Origin: an uncultured Spirochaetota bacterium
Lineage (GTDB): Bacteria; Spirochaetota; Spirochaetia; SZUA-6; Fen-1364
Length of the DNA stretch: 64,000 nt
Assembly (NCBI GenBank): GCA_963820525.1
Contig: CAWGAA010000001.1
Location: forward strand, 1,888,001-1,952,000
Reading direction: 5' to 3'
Shown here: piece after piece, positions 37,008-45,135 of the stretch
Layout: each line of letters begins with the position of its first letter
Numbering within the stretch: position 1 is the stretch's first letter
Program-made: the position numbers and the translations under genes
The notes under the pieces: model-generated
Databases searched by the model: none
What the model saw: the letters and a program-made list of their open reading frames with translations, nothing else
What the model was told of the DNA's origin: nothing

Positions 37008-39203
37008 ATGAGCTCCCGCCGGCTCACAATCGGCTTCCTGATAAGCTATCTCACCGAGGACTACGAGGCGGCCATTTGGAGAGGCCTCGTGAAAGCAGCG
37101 GAGAAGCGTGGGGTGGATCTTTTGGCCGTCGACGGGGGAGCCATCGACAACCCCTACGAGATCCACCGCCAGAAGGCGACGGTTTATTCTCTCATCTGCG
37201 ACGTCTCGCTGGACGGCATTATCGTGGCCGCGGGGGCCATCGGCAACTTCGCGGACGAACGACGGATGGAGACCTTCCTCCGTTCGCTGCCCCGCGTGCC
37301 TCAAATTCTCATCGGAAAGACTGTCGGGAACCGGCCGGCCATCCTTGTCGACAACGGCACCGGCATGAGACAGGCCGTTTCTCACCTCATCGAGGCGCAC
37401 GGCCGGCGGCGTATCGCCTTCATCGCGGGCCCGTCCACGAACCTGGAAGCGGTTCAGCGCTACCAGGCATACCGGGAAGCCCTCGAATCTCACGACATCG
37501 ACTACGACCCCAATCTCGTCTACGCAGGAGACTTCGATCCCGGGGACGGGATCCGGGGCGTAGAGGCGATCTGGGGGAGGCCGGGAGCCAAGCCCGACGC
37601 CCTCGCCGCTTCAACGGACTATATCGCCATCTCCGCCATGGAGGAGCTCGCCCGGCGCGGCATCTCCGTGCCGCGGACGGTGGCCGTCACCGGATTCGAC
37701 GATATCGAAGACTGCGTGAACACCCAGCCGACGGTCACGACGGTCCGCCAGCCCTACGACGCCATTGGAGAGGCGGCTATCGACCTCGTCTTGAAGGCGG
37801 TCCAGGGCAATGGGCACGAGGAGACGGTCACGCTCCCCACGCGGATGCTCGTACGCGCTTCCTGCGGCTGCATGATCCCCCCCGTCGTCTCGGAGACGGG
37901 AGACGAGGACCTCGGACGTCTCTCGCGCCTTCGAAACGCCATTGAGCGCAGCGTCGAGTCGGGGGAGGGCGCGCCCTTCCTGGAGACCCTCGAAGCCGCG
38001 CTCAGGAAAGAAAAGGGCCTCTTCCCCTCCTTCGGACACTGGTTCGACCTTTTGAAATGGCTCTTCGACAGCCTCCTGGAGGGGCTCTCGGACCGCACCA
38101 GCCGCAGGCGGCACATGCTCATGGGCCTGCACGCCTTCGGGCTTGAATACCTGGGCCGAAAGGCCGAGGAGCTGCAGAAGGCGAACGCGGTGCACGTGCG
38201 CGACACCTACATCGTGCTCAACCAGTTCTACGAAAAGAGCTCCTTCACATTCGATCCCGCCGTTTTCTCCGGAGACCTCGACGAAGCGCTTCCCCGCATC
38301 GGAATCACCTCGTTTCTCATGTGTCTCTATCAGGACTCCCTGGAGCGGGCGCGGATCGAGCACATCTACTCGGTTCCCCTGCCCATCGTGCTCACCCCCG
38401 GCGCCTGCGGCACGCCCGCCCAGCTCATCGACTCGTTTCTCGCCTCGTGGAAGAGGGGGCCCGACGCGGGCTCGCTCATCCTCCTGCCCCTCTACCACAG
38501 GAGCGAGGACCTCGGCTTCATCCTCTGCCGGGCGGCGATCCCCGACGGCGCCCTCTACGAGTCTCTGTTGAGCCAGTTGAGCAATGCCATCAAGGGCACG
38601 GCGCTGATGAACGAGGTCCACTCCCACTCCCGGGAGCTGGAGCGCAAGGTGCAAGAGCGCTCGGGAGAGCTCAAAACGGCGCTGGAGGAGCTGGAGCGGG
38701 CCAACCGGAGGCTGGAAAGCATCTCGGTCCTCGACGAGCTCACCGGGCTGTACAACCGCCGCGGATTCCTTGCCTGCGGCCGCCAGCACATCGATCTCAC
38801 CAAGCGTCGGGAGGGGGATTTCATCCTGTTCTTCGTCGACATGGACGGCCTGAAGGACATCAACGACTCCTTCGGCCACGCGAGCGGAGACGAGGCCCTG
38901 CGCGACATGTCGTGGCTTCTCAGCAAGGTGTTCCGCCAGACCGACGTTCTCGCCCGCCTGGGCGGCGACGAGTTCATCGTGCTCGCCGTGGACATGAAGC
39001 CGGATCAGGAACACGTCGTCCGCGAGAGGCTCGCCTCGATCGTGAGCGAGTTCAACGCCACCTCGGGAAAACCGTACCGTCTCGCCTTCAGCATGGGCTG
39101 CGCCCCGTGGGACCCCGCCCGCTACGCCTGCCTGGAGGAGATGATGGCGGAGGCGGACCGCCAGCTCTACGAAGAGAAGAAAGCCAAGAAGGCGTGCAGG
39201 TAG
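37008..39203 (+). CDS. Diguanylate cyclase with an N-terminal LacI-type sugar-binding domain
   Basis: VDNGTG, IAFIAGP and VAVTGFDD. C-terminal DELTGLYNRR, RQTD I-site and RLGGDEF. Confidence 0.9.
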   Translation: MSSRRLTIGFLISYLTEDYEAAIWRGLVKAAEKRGVDLLAVDGGAIDNPYEIHRQKATVYSLICDVSLDGIIVAAGAIGNFADERRMETFLRSLPRVPQILIGKTVGNRPAILVDNGTGMRQAVSHLIEAHGRRRIAFIAGPSTNLEAVQRYQAYREALESHDIDYDPNLVYAGDFDPGDGIRGVEAIWGRPGAKPDALAASTDYIAISAMEELARRGISVPRTVAVTGFDDIEDCVNTQPTVTTVRQPYDAIGEAAIDLVLKAVQGNGHEETVTLPTRMLVRASCGCMIPPVVSETGDEDLGRLSRLRNAIERSVESGEGAPFLETLEAALRKEKGLFPSFGHWFDLLKWLFDSLLEGLSDRTSRRRHMLMGLHAFGLEYLGRKAEELQKANAVHVRDTYIVLNQFYEKSSFTFDPAVFSGDLDEALPRIGITSFLMCLYQDSLERARIEHIYSVPLPIVLTPGACGTPAQLIDSFLASWKRGPDAGSLILLPLYHRSEDLGFILCRAAIPDGALYESLLSQLSNAIKGTALMNEVHSHSRELERKVQERSGELKTALEELERANRRLESISVLDELTGLYNRRGFLACGRQHIDLTKRREGDFILFFVDMDGLKDINDSFGHASGDEALRDMSWLLSKVFRQTDVLARLGGDEFIVLAVDMKPDQEHVVRERLASIVSEFNATSGKPYRLAFSMGCAPWDPARYACLEEMMAEADRQLYEEKKAKKACR

Positions 39204-39288
39204 AATCGAGAGAGCGCGCCGGGCGCGGCTCCGGGCGCACCGCGCGGCAGACAAGCGAGGCGTTTCATGCTCCGTGCCGCCGGCCCTA

Positions 39289-40170
39289 TCACCAGCGCGC
39301 GAAGAAGGGTTGAAGGAAGATCCTGCCCGCCTTTCCCTCGGCCTCGAAGCGGATGTACTCCTCCCCCCCGTAACTGAAGCTGAACACCGCTCCGTCTTCC
39401 TCGCGAAGGACGCGTCCTCCCGGACCGACAAAGCGCCCATGGGCTTCGCCCGCCAGCTTCACCCGGATCTCGCCGCCATCCACGGACAGGCTTCCCAGAA
39501 GGAGACCGGTGGTCGCGTAGAAGCGTCCCGCCTTCAGCGCTTCCAGCACTGAAGCCGGGGAGATCTCCTTCACGCAGGCCATGTTGTACGCCTTGCCGAA
39601 ATCCGGCGGATCGTGGAAGTCGTCGTTGGCGAATCCCCACAGCCTCGCCCCCCGGCTGAGAAGCTCGTCCCAGATGTCCGTGTATAATGGATTGGTGTCC
39701 CTCCACAGCTGAAGGGGATGGTTGTAGTGCCCGTTGAACACCTCCATACCCAGAGGCCGGGGATCGAGGTTGTATATCATGTCCGGCGTCCAGTATTGGG
39801 AATGCTTCCGCGGCCGGGGATGACAGACCACGGTAAGAAGCCCGTCACACCGCCCGAGGGCCTCCTCGAGGGAGAGCTCGTAGAGGGGGAGAACCGCCTC
39901 GCCGATAAAGAGCAGGTTCTCCCGGGAGCTGTACTCGAAGCCTTCAAGGAAAGCCATCTCGGGATACAGCGCGCGAAGCTCGGTGAGGTCGGTGACGTGG
40001 TCGTGGTCCGTAACGGCCATGAAGCGGGCCCCGGCCGCGTGGTAGAGCGCGGCGCCGTGGAGCAGGGGCACCGAGGCGCAGCCGCTGTGCTCACAGCAGT
40101 GGCCGTGGAGGTTGCCGCGGATCCAGATGCCCTGGCCGTCCTTGTATGGATTGATAAGAGAAGACGACAC
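39289..40170 (-). CDS. PHP-domain metallohydrolase (CehA/McbA-like)
   Basis: GNLHGH, VTDHD, CHP, EVFNG and ANDDFH. Confidence 0.8.
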   Translation of the reverse strand: MSSSLINPYKDGQGIWIRGNLHGHCCEHSGCASVPLLHGAALYHAAGARFMAVTDHDHVTDLTELRALYPEMAFLEGFEYSSRENLLFIGEAVLPLYELSLEEALGRCDGLLTVVCHPRPRKHSQYWTPDMIYNLDPRPLGMEVFNGHYNHPLQLWRDTNPLYTDIWDELLSRGARLWGFANDDFHDPPDFGKAYNMACVKEISPASVLEALKAGRFYATTGLLLGSLSVDGGEIRVKLAGEAHGRFVGPGGRVLREEDGAVFSFSYGGEEYIRFEAEGKAGRIFLQPFFARW

Positions 40171-40184
40171 GGCTCGCGGCGCTC

Positions 40185-41621
40185 CTACCCCGTCACCTTC
40201 AGCTCGCGGGCCGCCTTCACCTCGTCCAGGCGGCGGGTGGGCGCCGCATGGGGAGCCTCGTGGAGGAGCGCGGGGCTCTCCCGCGCCTCCCGTGCGATTC
40301 TGTGCATCGCCTCCCCGAAGCGGTCGAGGGTCTCCCTGCTCTCCGTTTCGGTGGGCTCGATCATGAGGGCCTCGTGCACGATGAGGGGGAAATAGTTCGT
40401 TGGTGGATGGAAGCCGTAGTCGATGAGCCGCTTGGCCACGTCGAGCGCCCTGATATCCGGGGCGCCGGAGATCTTTCCCTGGGCCACGAACTCATGCATG
40501 CAGGTCCGCTCGCCAAAGGGCACGGGATACTCGTCTTTCAGCCGGGCCTGGAGGTAGTTGGCATTGAGCACCGCGTTCTCCGCCACCTGCCGCAGCCCCG
40601 CGGCTCCCAGCATCCGGATATACGTGTACGCGCGCACGAGGATGGAGAAGTTCCCGTGAAAGCTCTTCACCCTGCCGATGGATCGCTTGGGCATCGTCCA
40701 GCCGAAGCGGAGGCCGCCTCCATCACGTTTGTCCACGATGGGGCCGGGCAGGTAGGGAGCCAGCTCCCTGCTCACCCCAACGGCTCCGGCGCCGGGGCCG
40801 CCGCCGCCATGGGGCGTGGAGAAGGTCTTGTGAAGGTTGAAGTGCATGACATCGATGCCCATTGCCCCGGGCTTGCAGATGCCCAGCAGCGCATTGAAGT
40901 TCGCCCCATCGCCGTACACGAGACCGCCGGCCTCGTGTACGAGGCGCGTGATCTCCAGGAGGTTCTCCTCGAAGAGCCCCAGGGTATTCGGATTTGTGAG
41001 CATGAGGCCCGCGGCCCGCTCGTCCAGGAGAGCCCGGAGCTTTGCGATGTCCACGTTGCCCCGCGGGTCCGAGGGCACCTCCACCACCTCCAGCCCCGCC
41101 ATCGCCGTGGAAGCGGGGTTCGTTCCATGCGCCGAATCCGGCACCAGGATGCGGTTTCTCCCCGCCTGGCCGCGGTCCGCCAGGCATTTGCGCATGATGA
41201 GGATCCCGGTGAGCTCCCCGTGCGCGCCCGCAGAGGGCTGGAGTGAAACCGAGTGAAAACCGCCAATCTCGGCAAGGAAGCGCTGAAGCTCGTGCATCAG
41301 CGCCAGGGCGCCCTGCACGGTGTCGGGGTCTTGAAGGGGATGGGCGGCGGCGAATCCGGGAAGCCGGGCGGCCGCCTCATTGGCCTTGGGATTGTATTTC
41401 ATCGTGCAGGAGCCCAGGGGATAGAAGCCGGTGTCCACGGCGTAGTTGAGCTGGGAGAGGCGCACGTAGTGGCGAACCACGTCGATCTCGGAAACCTCGG
41501 GAAGGCCCAGCTCGCCGCGCACCCATTCGGCGGGAACGGGCTTTCGGGGAACGTCACAGGCGGGGAGGCTCACTCCTTCCCTGCCGGGACGGGAAATCTC
41601 GGAAAGAAGAGGCTCGGGCAT
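40185..41621 (-). CDS. gcvPB: Glycine dehydrogenase subunit 2
   Basis: PLGSCTMKYNPK, HFNLHKTFSTPHGGGGPG and MIEPTETE. Confidence 0.95.
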   Translation of the reverse strand: MPEPLLSEISRPGREGVSLPACDVPRKPVPAEWVRGELGLPEVSEIDVVRHYVRLSQLNYAVDTGFYPLGSCTMKYNPKANEAAARLPGFAAAHPLQDPDTVQGALALMHELQRFLAEIGGFHSVSLQPSAGAHGELTGILIMRKCLADRGQAGRNRILVPDSAHGTNPASTAMAGLEVVEVPSDPRGNVDIAKLRALLDERAAGLMLTNPNTLGLFEENLLEITRLVHEAGGLVYGDGANFNALLGICKPGAMGIDVMHFNLHKTFSTPHGGGGPGAGAVGVSRELAPYLPGPIVDKRDGGGLRFGWTMPKRSIGRVKSFHGNFSILVRAYTYIRMLGAAGLRQVAENAVLNANYLQARLKDEYPVPFGERTCMHEFVAQGKISGAPDIRALDVAKRLIDYGFHPPTNYFPLIVHEALMIEPTETESRETLDRFGEAMHRIAREARESPALLHEAPHAAPTRRLDEVKAARELKVTG

Positions 41622-41624
41622 GGA

Positions 41625-43142
41625 TCATTTCCTCCGGCCGGCGCGCCGTGCTTTAGCGGCCGGCTTTTTAGCGTCTAGGGCCTTGTTCACGGTGGGCGCC
41701 CCGGCACGCTTCACCCCCCCAGTCTTTTTCGCGGCCGCGGCCTTCGCGCCTTCCGTCTTCTTCGCGGGCGCTGGTTTCTTTCCGACCTCCGGCCTCGCTC
41801 CGATCCTTTCCAGGGCGCCGGCCAGCCGGTCGATATCGGCCTTCGTGACCGTCTCCGTGCAACAGACGAGCATGTGCCCGGAAAGCTCGGGATAATCGAC
41901 GCCGAGGTCGAAGCCGCCGATGATTCCCTCCTCGTCGATCAGCCGTTTGTTGATCTCCCCAACGCTCCGCGGGCAGCGCACGGCGAACTCGTGGAAGAAC
42001 GCCCCGTCGCGAACCGAAAAGCCGGGGATTCCGGCTATCCGCTCCGCGGCATAATGGGCCTTCTGGTAGCACAGATCGGCCGCGCGGGCGAGGCCGCGGG
42101 GTCCCAGCGCCGCCAGGTAAGCCGCTGCGGCGAGCGCGTTCAGGGATTGGTTGGTGCAGATGTTCGAGGTTGCCTTCTCCCGCCTGATGTGCTGCTCCCG
42201 CGTGTTGAGGGTGAACACGAACCCGCGAACGCCGCCCGAGTCCACCGTCTCTCCGGCAATACGGCCGCTGGACCTTCTGATATGCTCTCTGCGGAAGGCG
42301 AAAAAGCCGAGGTAGGGGCCCCCAAAGGAGAGGGAGTTGCCGAGGGCCTGCCCCTCGCCCACCGCGATGTCGGCTCCACAGGAGCCGGGAGGCACCAGCA
42401 GACCCAGGGCGACCGGGTTCGCCGCGACCACGAGGAGGGCCCCGCATGCGTGAACCTTTTCGGCAAGGGCGCCGAGGCGCCGCGGCTCGATCACCCGCCC
42501 GAGGAAGTCCGGGCTCTGGACCACGACGCAGGCCGTGGAGGCATCGCACAGCGCGACGAGCCCCTCCACGTCCCTTTGCACGCTCTCGTCACCCTCGATC
42601 GCGAGCTTCATCCCCTGCGTATAAGTGCGAACCACCTGCCGGTACTGGGGATGCACGCCGGCCGAGAGGAGGACCCTCTTCCTCCGGCGCTGAGCGACGT
42701 TGAGCGCCATGACCACGGCTTCAGCCGTGGAGGTGGCCCCGTCGTAGTGGGAAGCGTTCGCCGCGTCCATGCCGGTCAGCCGCGAAATCATCGTCTGATA
42801 CTCGAATATCGCCTGCAGGGTTCCCTGGCTGATCTCGGGCTGGTACGGGGTATAGGCGGTGGCGAACTCCGAGCGGGAAATCACCATGTCCACCACGCTG
42901 GGAATGAAGTGGCGGTAGGCGCCCGCACCGAGGAAGCAGGGCGAGTGGGGGGATACCGTGTTCATCCCGGAAAGCCGATCCAGCTCTCTCAGGGCCTCCA
43001 GCTCGGAAAGCGCCGGAGGGAGATCGAGAGCGGGGAAGCGGAAGCGCTCAGGAACGTCCCGGAAGAGATCCTCCAGGGAAGCGGCTCCGACTGCTTCGAG
43101 CATCTGGGCGCGGTCGGAGTCCGTGTTGGGAATGAAGCTCAT
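41625..43142 (-). CDS. gcvPA: Glycine dehydrogenase subunit 1 with a basic C-terminal extension
   Basis: AYTPYQPEISQGTLQAIFEYQ and TREQHIRREKATSNICTN. Start ATG 43142 overlaps the gcvH stop. Confidence 0.95.
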   Translation of the reverse strand: MSFIPNTDSDRAQMLEAVGAASLEDLFRDVPERFRFPALDLPPALSELEALRELDRLSGMNTVSPHSPCFLGAGAYRHFIPSVVDMVISRSEFATAYTPYQPEISQGTLQAIFEYQTMISRLTGMDAANASHYDGATSTAEAVVMALNVAQRRRKRVLLSAGVHPQYRQVVRTYTQGMKLAIEGDESVQRDVEGLVALCDASTACVVVQSPDFLGRVIEPRRLGALAEKVHACGALLVVAANPVALGLLVPPGSCGADIAVGEGQALGNSLSFGGPYLGFFAFRREHIRRSSGRIAGETVDSGGVRGFVFTLNTREQHIRREKATSNICTNQSLNALAAAAYLAALGPRGLARAADLCYQKAHYAAERIAGIPGFSVRDGAFFHEFAVRCPRSVGEINKRLIDEEGIIGGFDLGVDYPELSGHMLVCCTETVTKADIDRLAGALERIGARPEVGKKPAPAKKTEGAKAAAAKKTGGVKRAGAPTVNKALDAKKPAAKARRAGRRK

Positions 43143-43528
43143 AGGGTATCCAGGTAGGCCTTGTAGGCAGCCGCGTCCATCAGGGAATCGAGCTCCCTCG
43201 GGTCCGATACGGTGATGCGGACGAGCCATCCCTCGCCGAAGGGATCCTGGTTCACCAGCTCGGGGTTGGAGTCGAGCTTCTGGTTCACCGAGGCGACGGT
43301 GCCGGACACGGGGGCGAAGACATCCTCGGCCGCCTTCACGGATTCGATCACCAGGAACGTGGAGTCCTTCTTCACCGGCTTTCCCGCCGCGGGGAGCTCC
43401 ACGAAGACCACGTCGGAGAGCTTGTCCTGGGCGTAATCGCTGACCCCGACCACGGCCTCTCCTCCCTCCAGCCTGACCCACTCGTGGGTCTTGGAGTAGC
43501 GCGCCTTCTCATCCACCTTGAACGCCAT
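43139..43528 (-). CDS. gcvH: Glycine cleavage system H protein
   Basis: THEW, IESVKAA (lipoyl Lys) and NQDPFGEGW. Confidence 0.95.
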   Translation of the reverse strand: MAFKVDEKARYSKTHEWVRLEGGEAVVGVSDYAQDKLSDVVFVELPAAGKPVKKDSTFLVIESVKAAEDVFAPVSGTVASVNQKLDSNPELVNQDPFGEGWLVRITVSDPRELDSLMDAAAYKAYLDTL

Positions 43529-43569
43529 GCGTCACCTCCTTGGCGAACCCTGGGGCGGCGGCCGTTCGC

Positions 43570-44793
43570 TCAGGAACGGCGGGAGCCCCCCCAGTGGGGC
43601 GAGCGGTAGAACGGCCGCTCGACGATCCGCGCCGCCTTCGGCGCCCCCCGAATGACGACGTCCACCTCTTGTCCGATCCCGGCGAACGCCCCTTCCACGT
43701 ATCCCATGCCGAGGTACCGTCCCGTACCCGGGCTGAAAAGCCCCGTCGTCACGAAGCCGATCTCCCGCCCCCCTGACGCGATGGGATAGCCCTGCCGGGG
43801 GACCGCCGTTTCGGTCATCTCCAGCCCCGCCAGTTTCCTGGCGGGAGGGTTTCTGGAAAGAGCGGTGAGCGCCTGCCTGCCGATAAAATCATGGCCGTCG
43901 AGACGCACCGCCGCCCCGGCAAGCCCGGCGGCGTACGGGTCTTTGTTCTCGTCTATCTCGTGGCCGTACAGAGGGAGGCATGCCTCCGCGCGGAGCGAGT
44001 CGCGCGCTGCAAGCCCGCAGGGGATGAGCCTGCGCGGTGCGCCGGCGGAGAGGATCTTACGCCAGACCTCCTCGGCATGCGCCGCAGGGACCATGATCTC
44101 CACGCCGGGCTCTCCCGTATAGCCTGAGGTGCAGACGATGCAGGGGACCTCCGAGACAGGGCATATCGTGATGCTGTGATGCCCCACGGAGGAAAGGTCG
44201 GCGTCCGTCAGGCCGCCGAGGATGGCGCGCGCCTCGGGACCCTGGAGGGCGACCATGCAGGTTTCATCCGAGACGTCGCGCACCTCCGCGCCGAAGCGCC
44301 GGGCATGACCGTGCATCCACGCCAGGTCCTTGTCCCTGTTTCCCGCGTTGACGACGACGAGCCACTCCGCTGGGGCGGCGGCTGACAAAGCGGCGGGCAC
44401 GCGCGCGTCATCGGGTGTGTCCGACCGGGCACCCCCCGACGCGCCCGGCCCGGCCGGCGCTCCCGTGCCCATTCGATAGATGAAGATGTCGTCGATCACC
44501 CCGCCGGCGTCGTTGCAGAGCATAGAGTAATGGGCTCGCCCCGGGCCGATTCTCGCCGCGTCCCAGGTCTGGATGTATTGAAGGAAGTCGAGCGCTCCCT
44601 TTCCCACCACGGCGAAGCGACCCATGTGGTCGATGTCGAAGAGCCCCGCGGCGCTGCGCACCCGAAGGTGCTCTTCCTTGGGCCCGGTGGGATAGAGAAC
44701 CGGCATGTCCCAGCCGCTGAACTCCACCATCCGCGCGCCTGCGTCGATGTGCCAGCCGTGAAGCTTCGTTTTCCTCAAGGAACTTGCACCCAT
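43570..44793 (-). CDS. gcvT: Glycine cleavage system aminomethyltransferase
   Basis: FSGWDMPV, FDIDHMG, ALQGP, GYTGE and GLAARDSLRAEA. Contains an Ala/Pro/Gly-rich insert of about 30 aa. Start at ATG 44793. Confidence 0.95.
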   Translation of the reverse strand: MGASSLRKTKLHGWHIDAGARMVEFSGWDMPVLYPTGPKEEHLRVRSAAGLFDIDHMGRFAVVGKGALDFLQYIQTWDAARIGPGRAHYSMLCNDAGGVIDDIFIYRMGTGAPAGPGASGGARSDTPDDARVPAALSAAAPAEWLVVVNAGNRDKDLAWMHGHARRFGAEVRDVSDETCMVALQGPEARAILGGLTDADLSSVGHHSITICPVSEVPCIVCTSGYTGEPGVEIMVPAAHAEEVWRKILSAGAPRRLIPCGLAARDSLRAEACLPLYGHEIDENKDPYAAGLAGAAVRLDGHDFIGRQALTALSRNPPARKLAGLEMTETAVPRQGYPIASGGREIGFVTTGLFSPGTGRYLGMGYVEGAFAGIGQEVDVVIRGAPKAARIVERPFYRSPHWGGSRRS

Positions 44794-44802
44794 GCCCTCT
44801 CC

Positions 44803-44846
44803 CAAAAGAAAAAGAGGGAACGGAAATGTCCTTTCCCGTTCCCTCT
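44803..44846 (-). terminator. Intrinsic terminator forming the riboswitch expression platform
   Basis: Minus strand reads AGAGGGAACGG...CCGTTCCCTCT followed by TTTTCTTTT. Confidence 0.75.
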
Positions 44847-45005
44847 CTGTCATAGGCCTTCCCGAGGCGGTTTTCCAGAGTGCCGTCCCGGCGCGATCCT
44901 TTTGCCTGAGAGTTTGGCCCCCGCCGTCCCGGCGGACAAGGCCTTGCACCTTCGGCGGCCCCCGAAGGCTCGCTCCAGGGGCTCTCTCGCGCGCCGATCC
45001 TCCGG
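44846..45005 (-). ncRNA. Glycine riboswitch (one aptamer plus a downstream ghost aptamer)
   Basis: Minus strand GAGAG...CCGCCGAAGGTGCAA...AAACTCTCAGGCAAAAGGA, then a CTCTG...CAGAG stem, directly upstream of gcvT. Confidence 0.85.
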
Positions 45006-45019
45006 CGTCTTTCCCCGTC

Positions 45020-45048
45020 ATTCTGTCAGCCGCAGGGGCGAAAGTCAA
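45020..45048 (-). promoter_or_regulatory. Sigma70-type promoter of the gcv operon
   Basis: TTGACT-17 nt-CAGAAT immediately upstream of the riboswitch. Confidence 0.55.
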
Positions 45049-45135
45049 TACGCATCTGCCGTCCCGGCAAGGCCGTCACAGGGAAAGCGGGCCGCCCTTG
45101 AGGCGCAATAGTACAGCGCCTGGGCGCTTTGGACC

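Noticed and set aside
43143..43481. 618-aa GcvPA ORF suggesting an N-terminal fusion
   Set aside because: The extension overlaps gcvH in another frame. The real start is 43142.
44794..45048. N-terminal extension of gcvT in the ORF track
   Set aside because: The region is the riboswitch leader and terminator.
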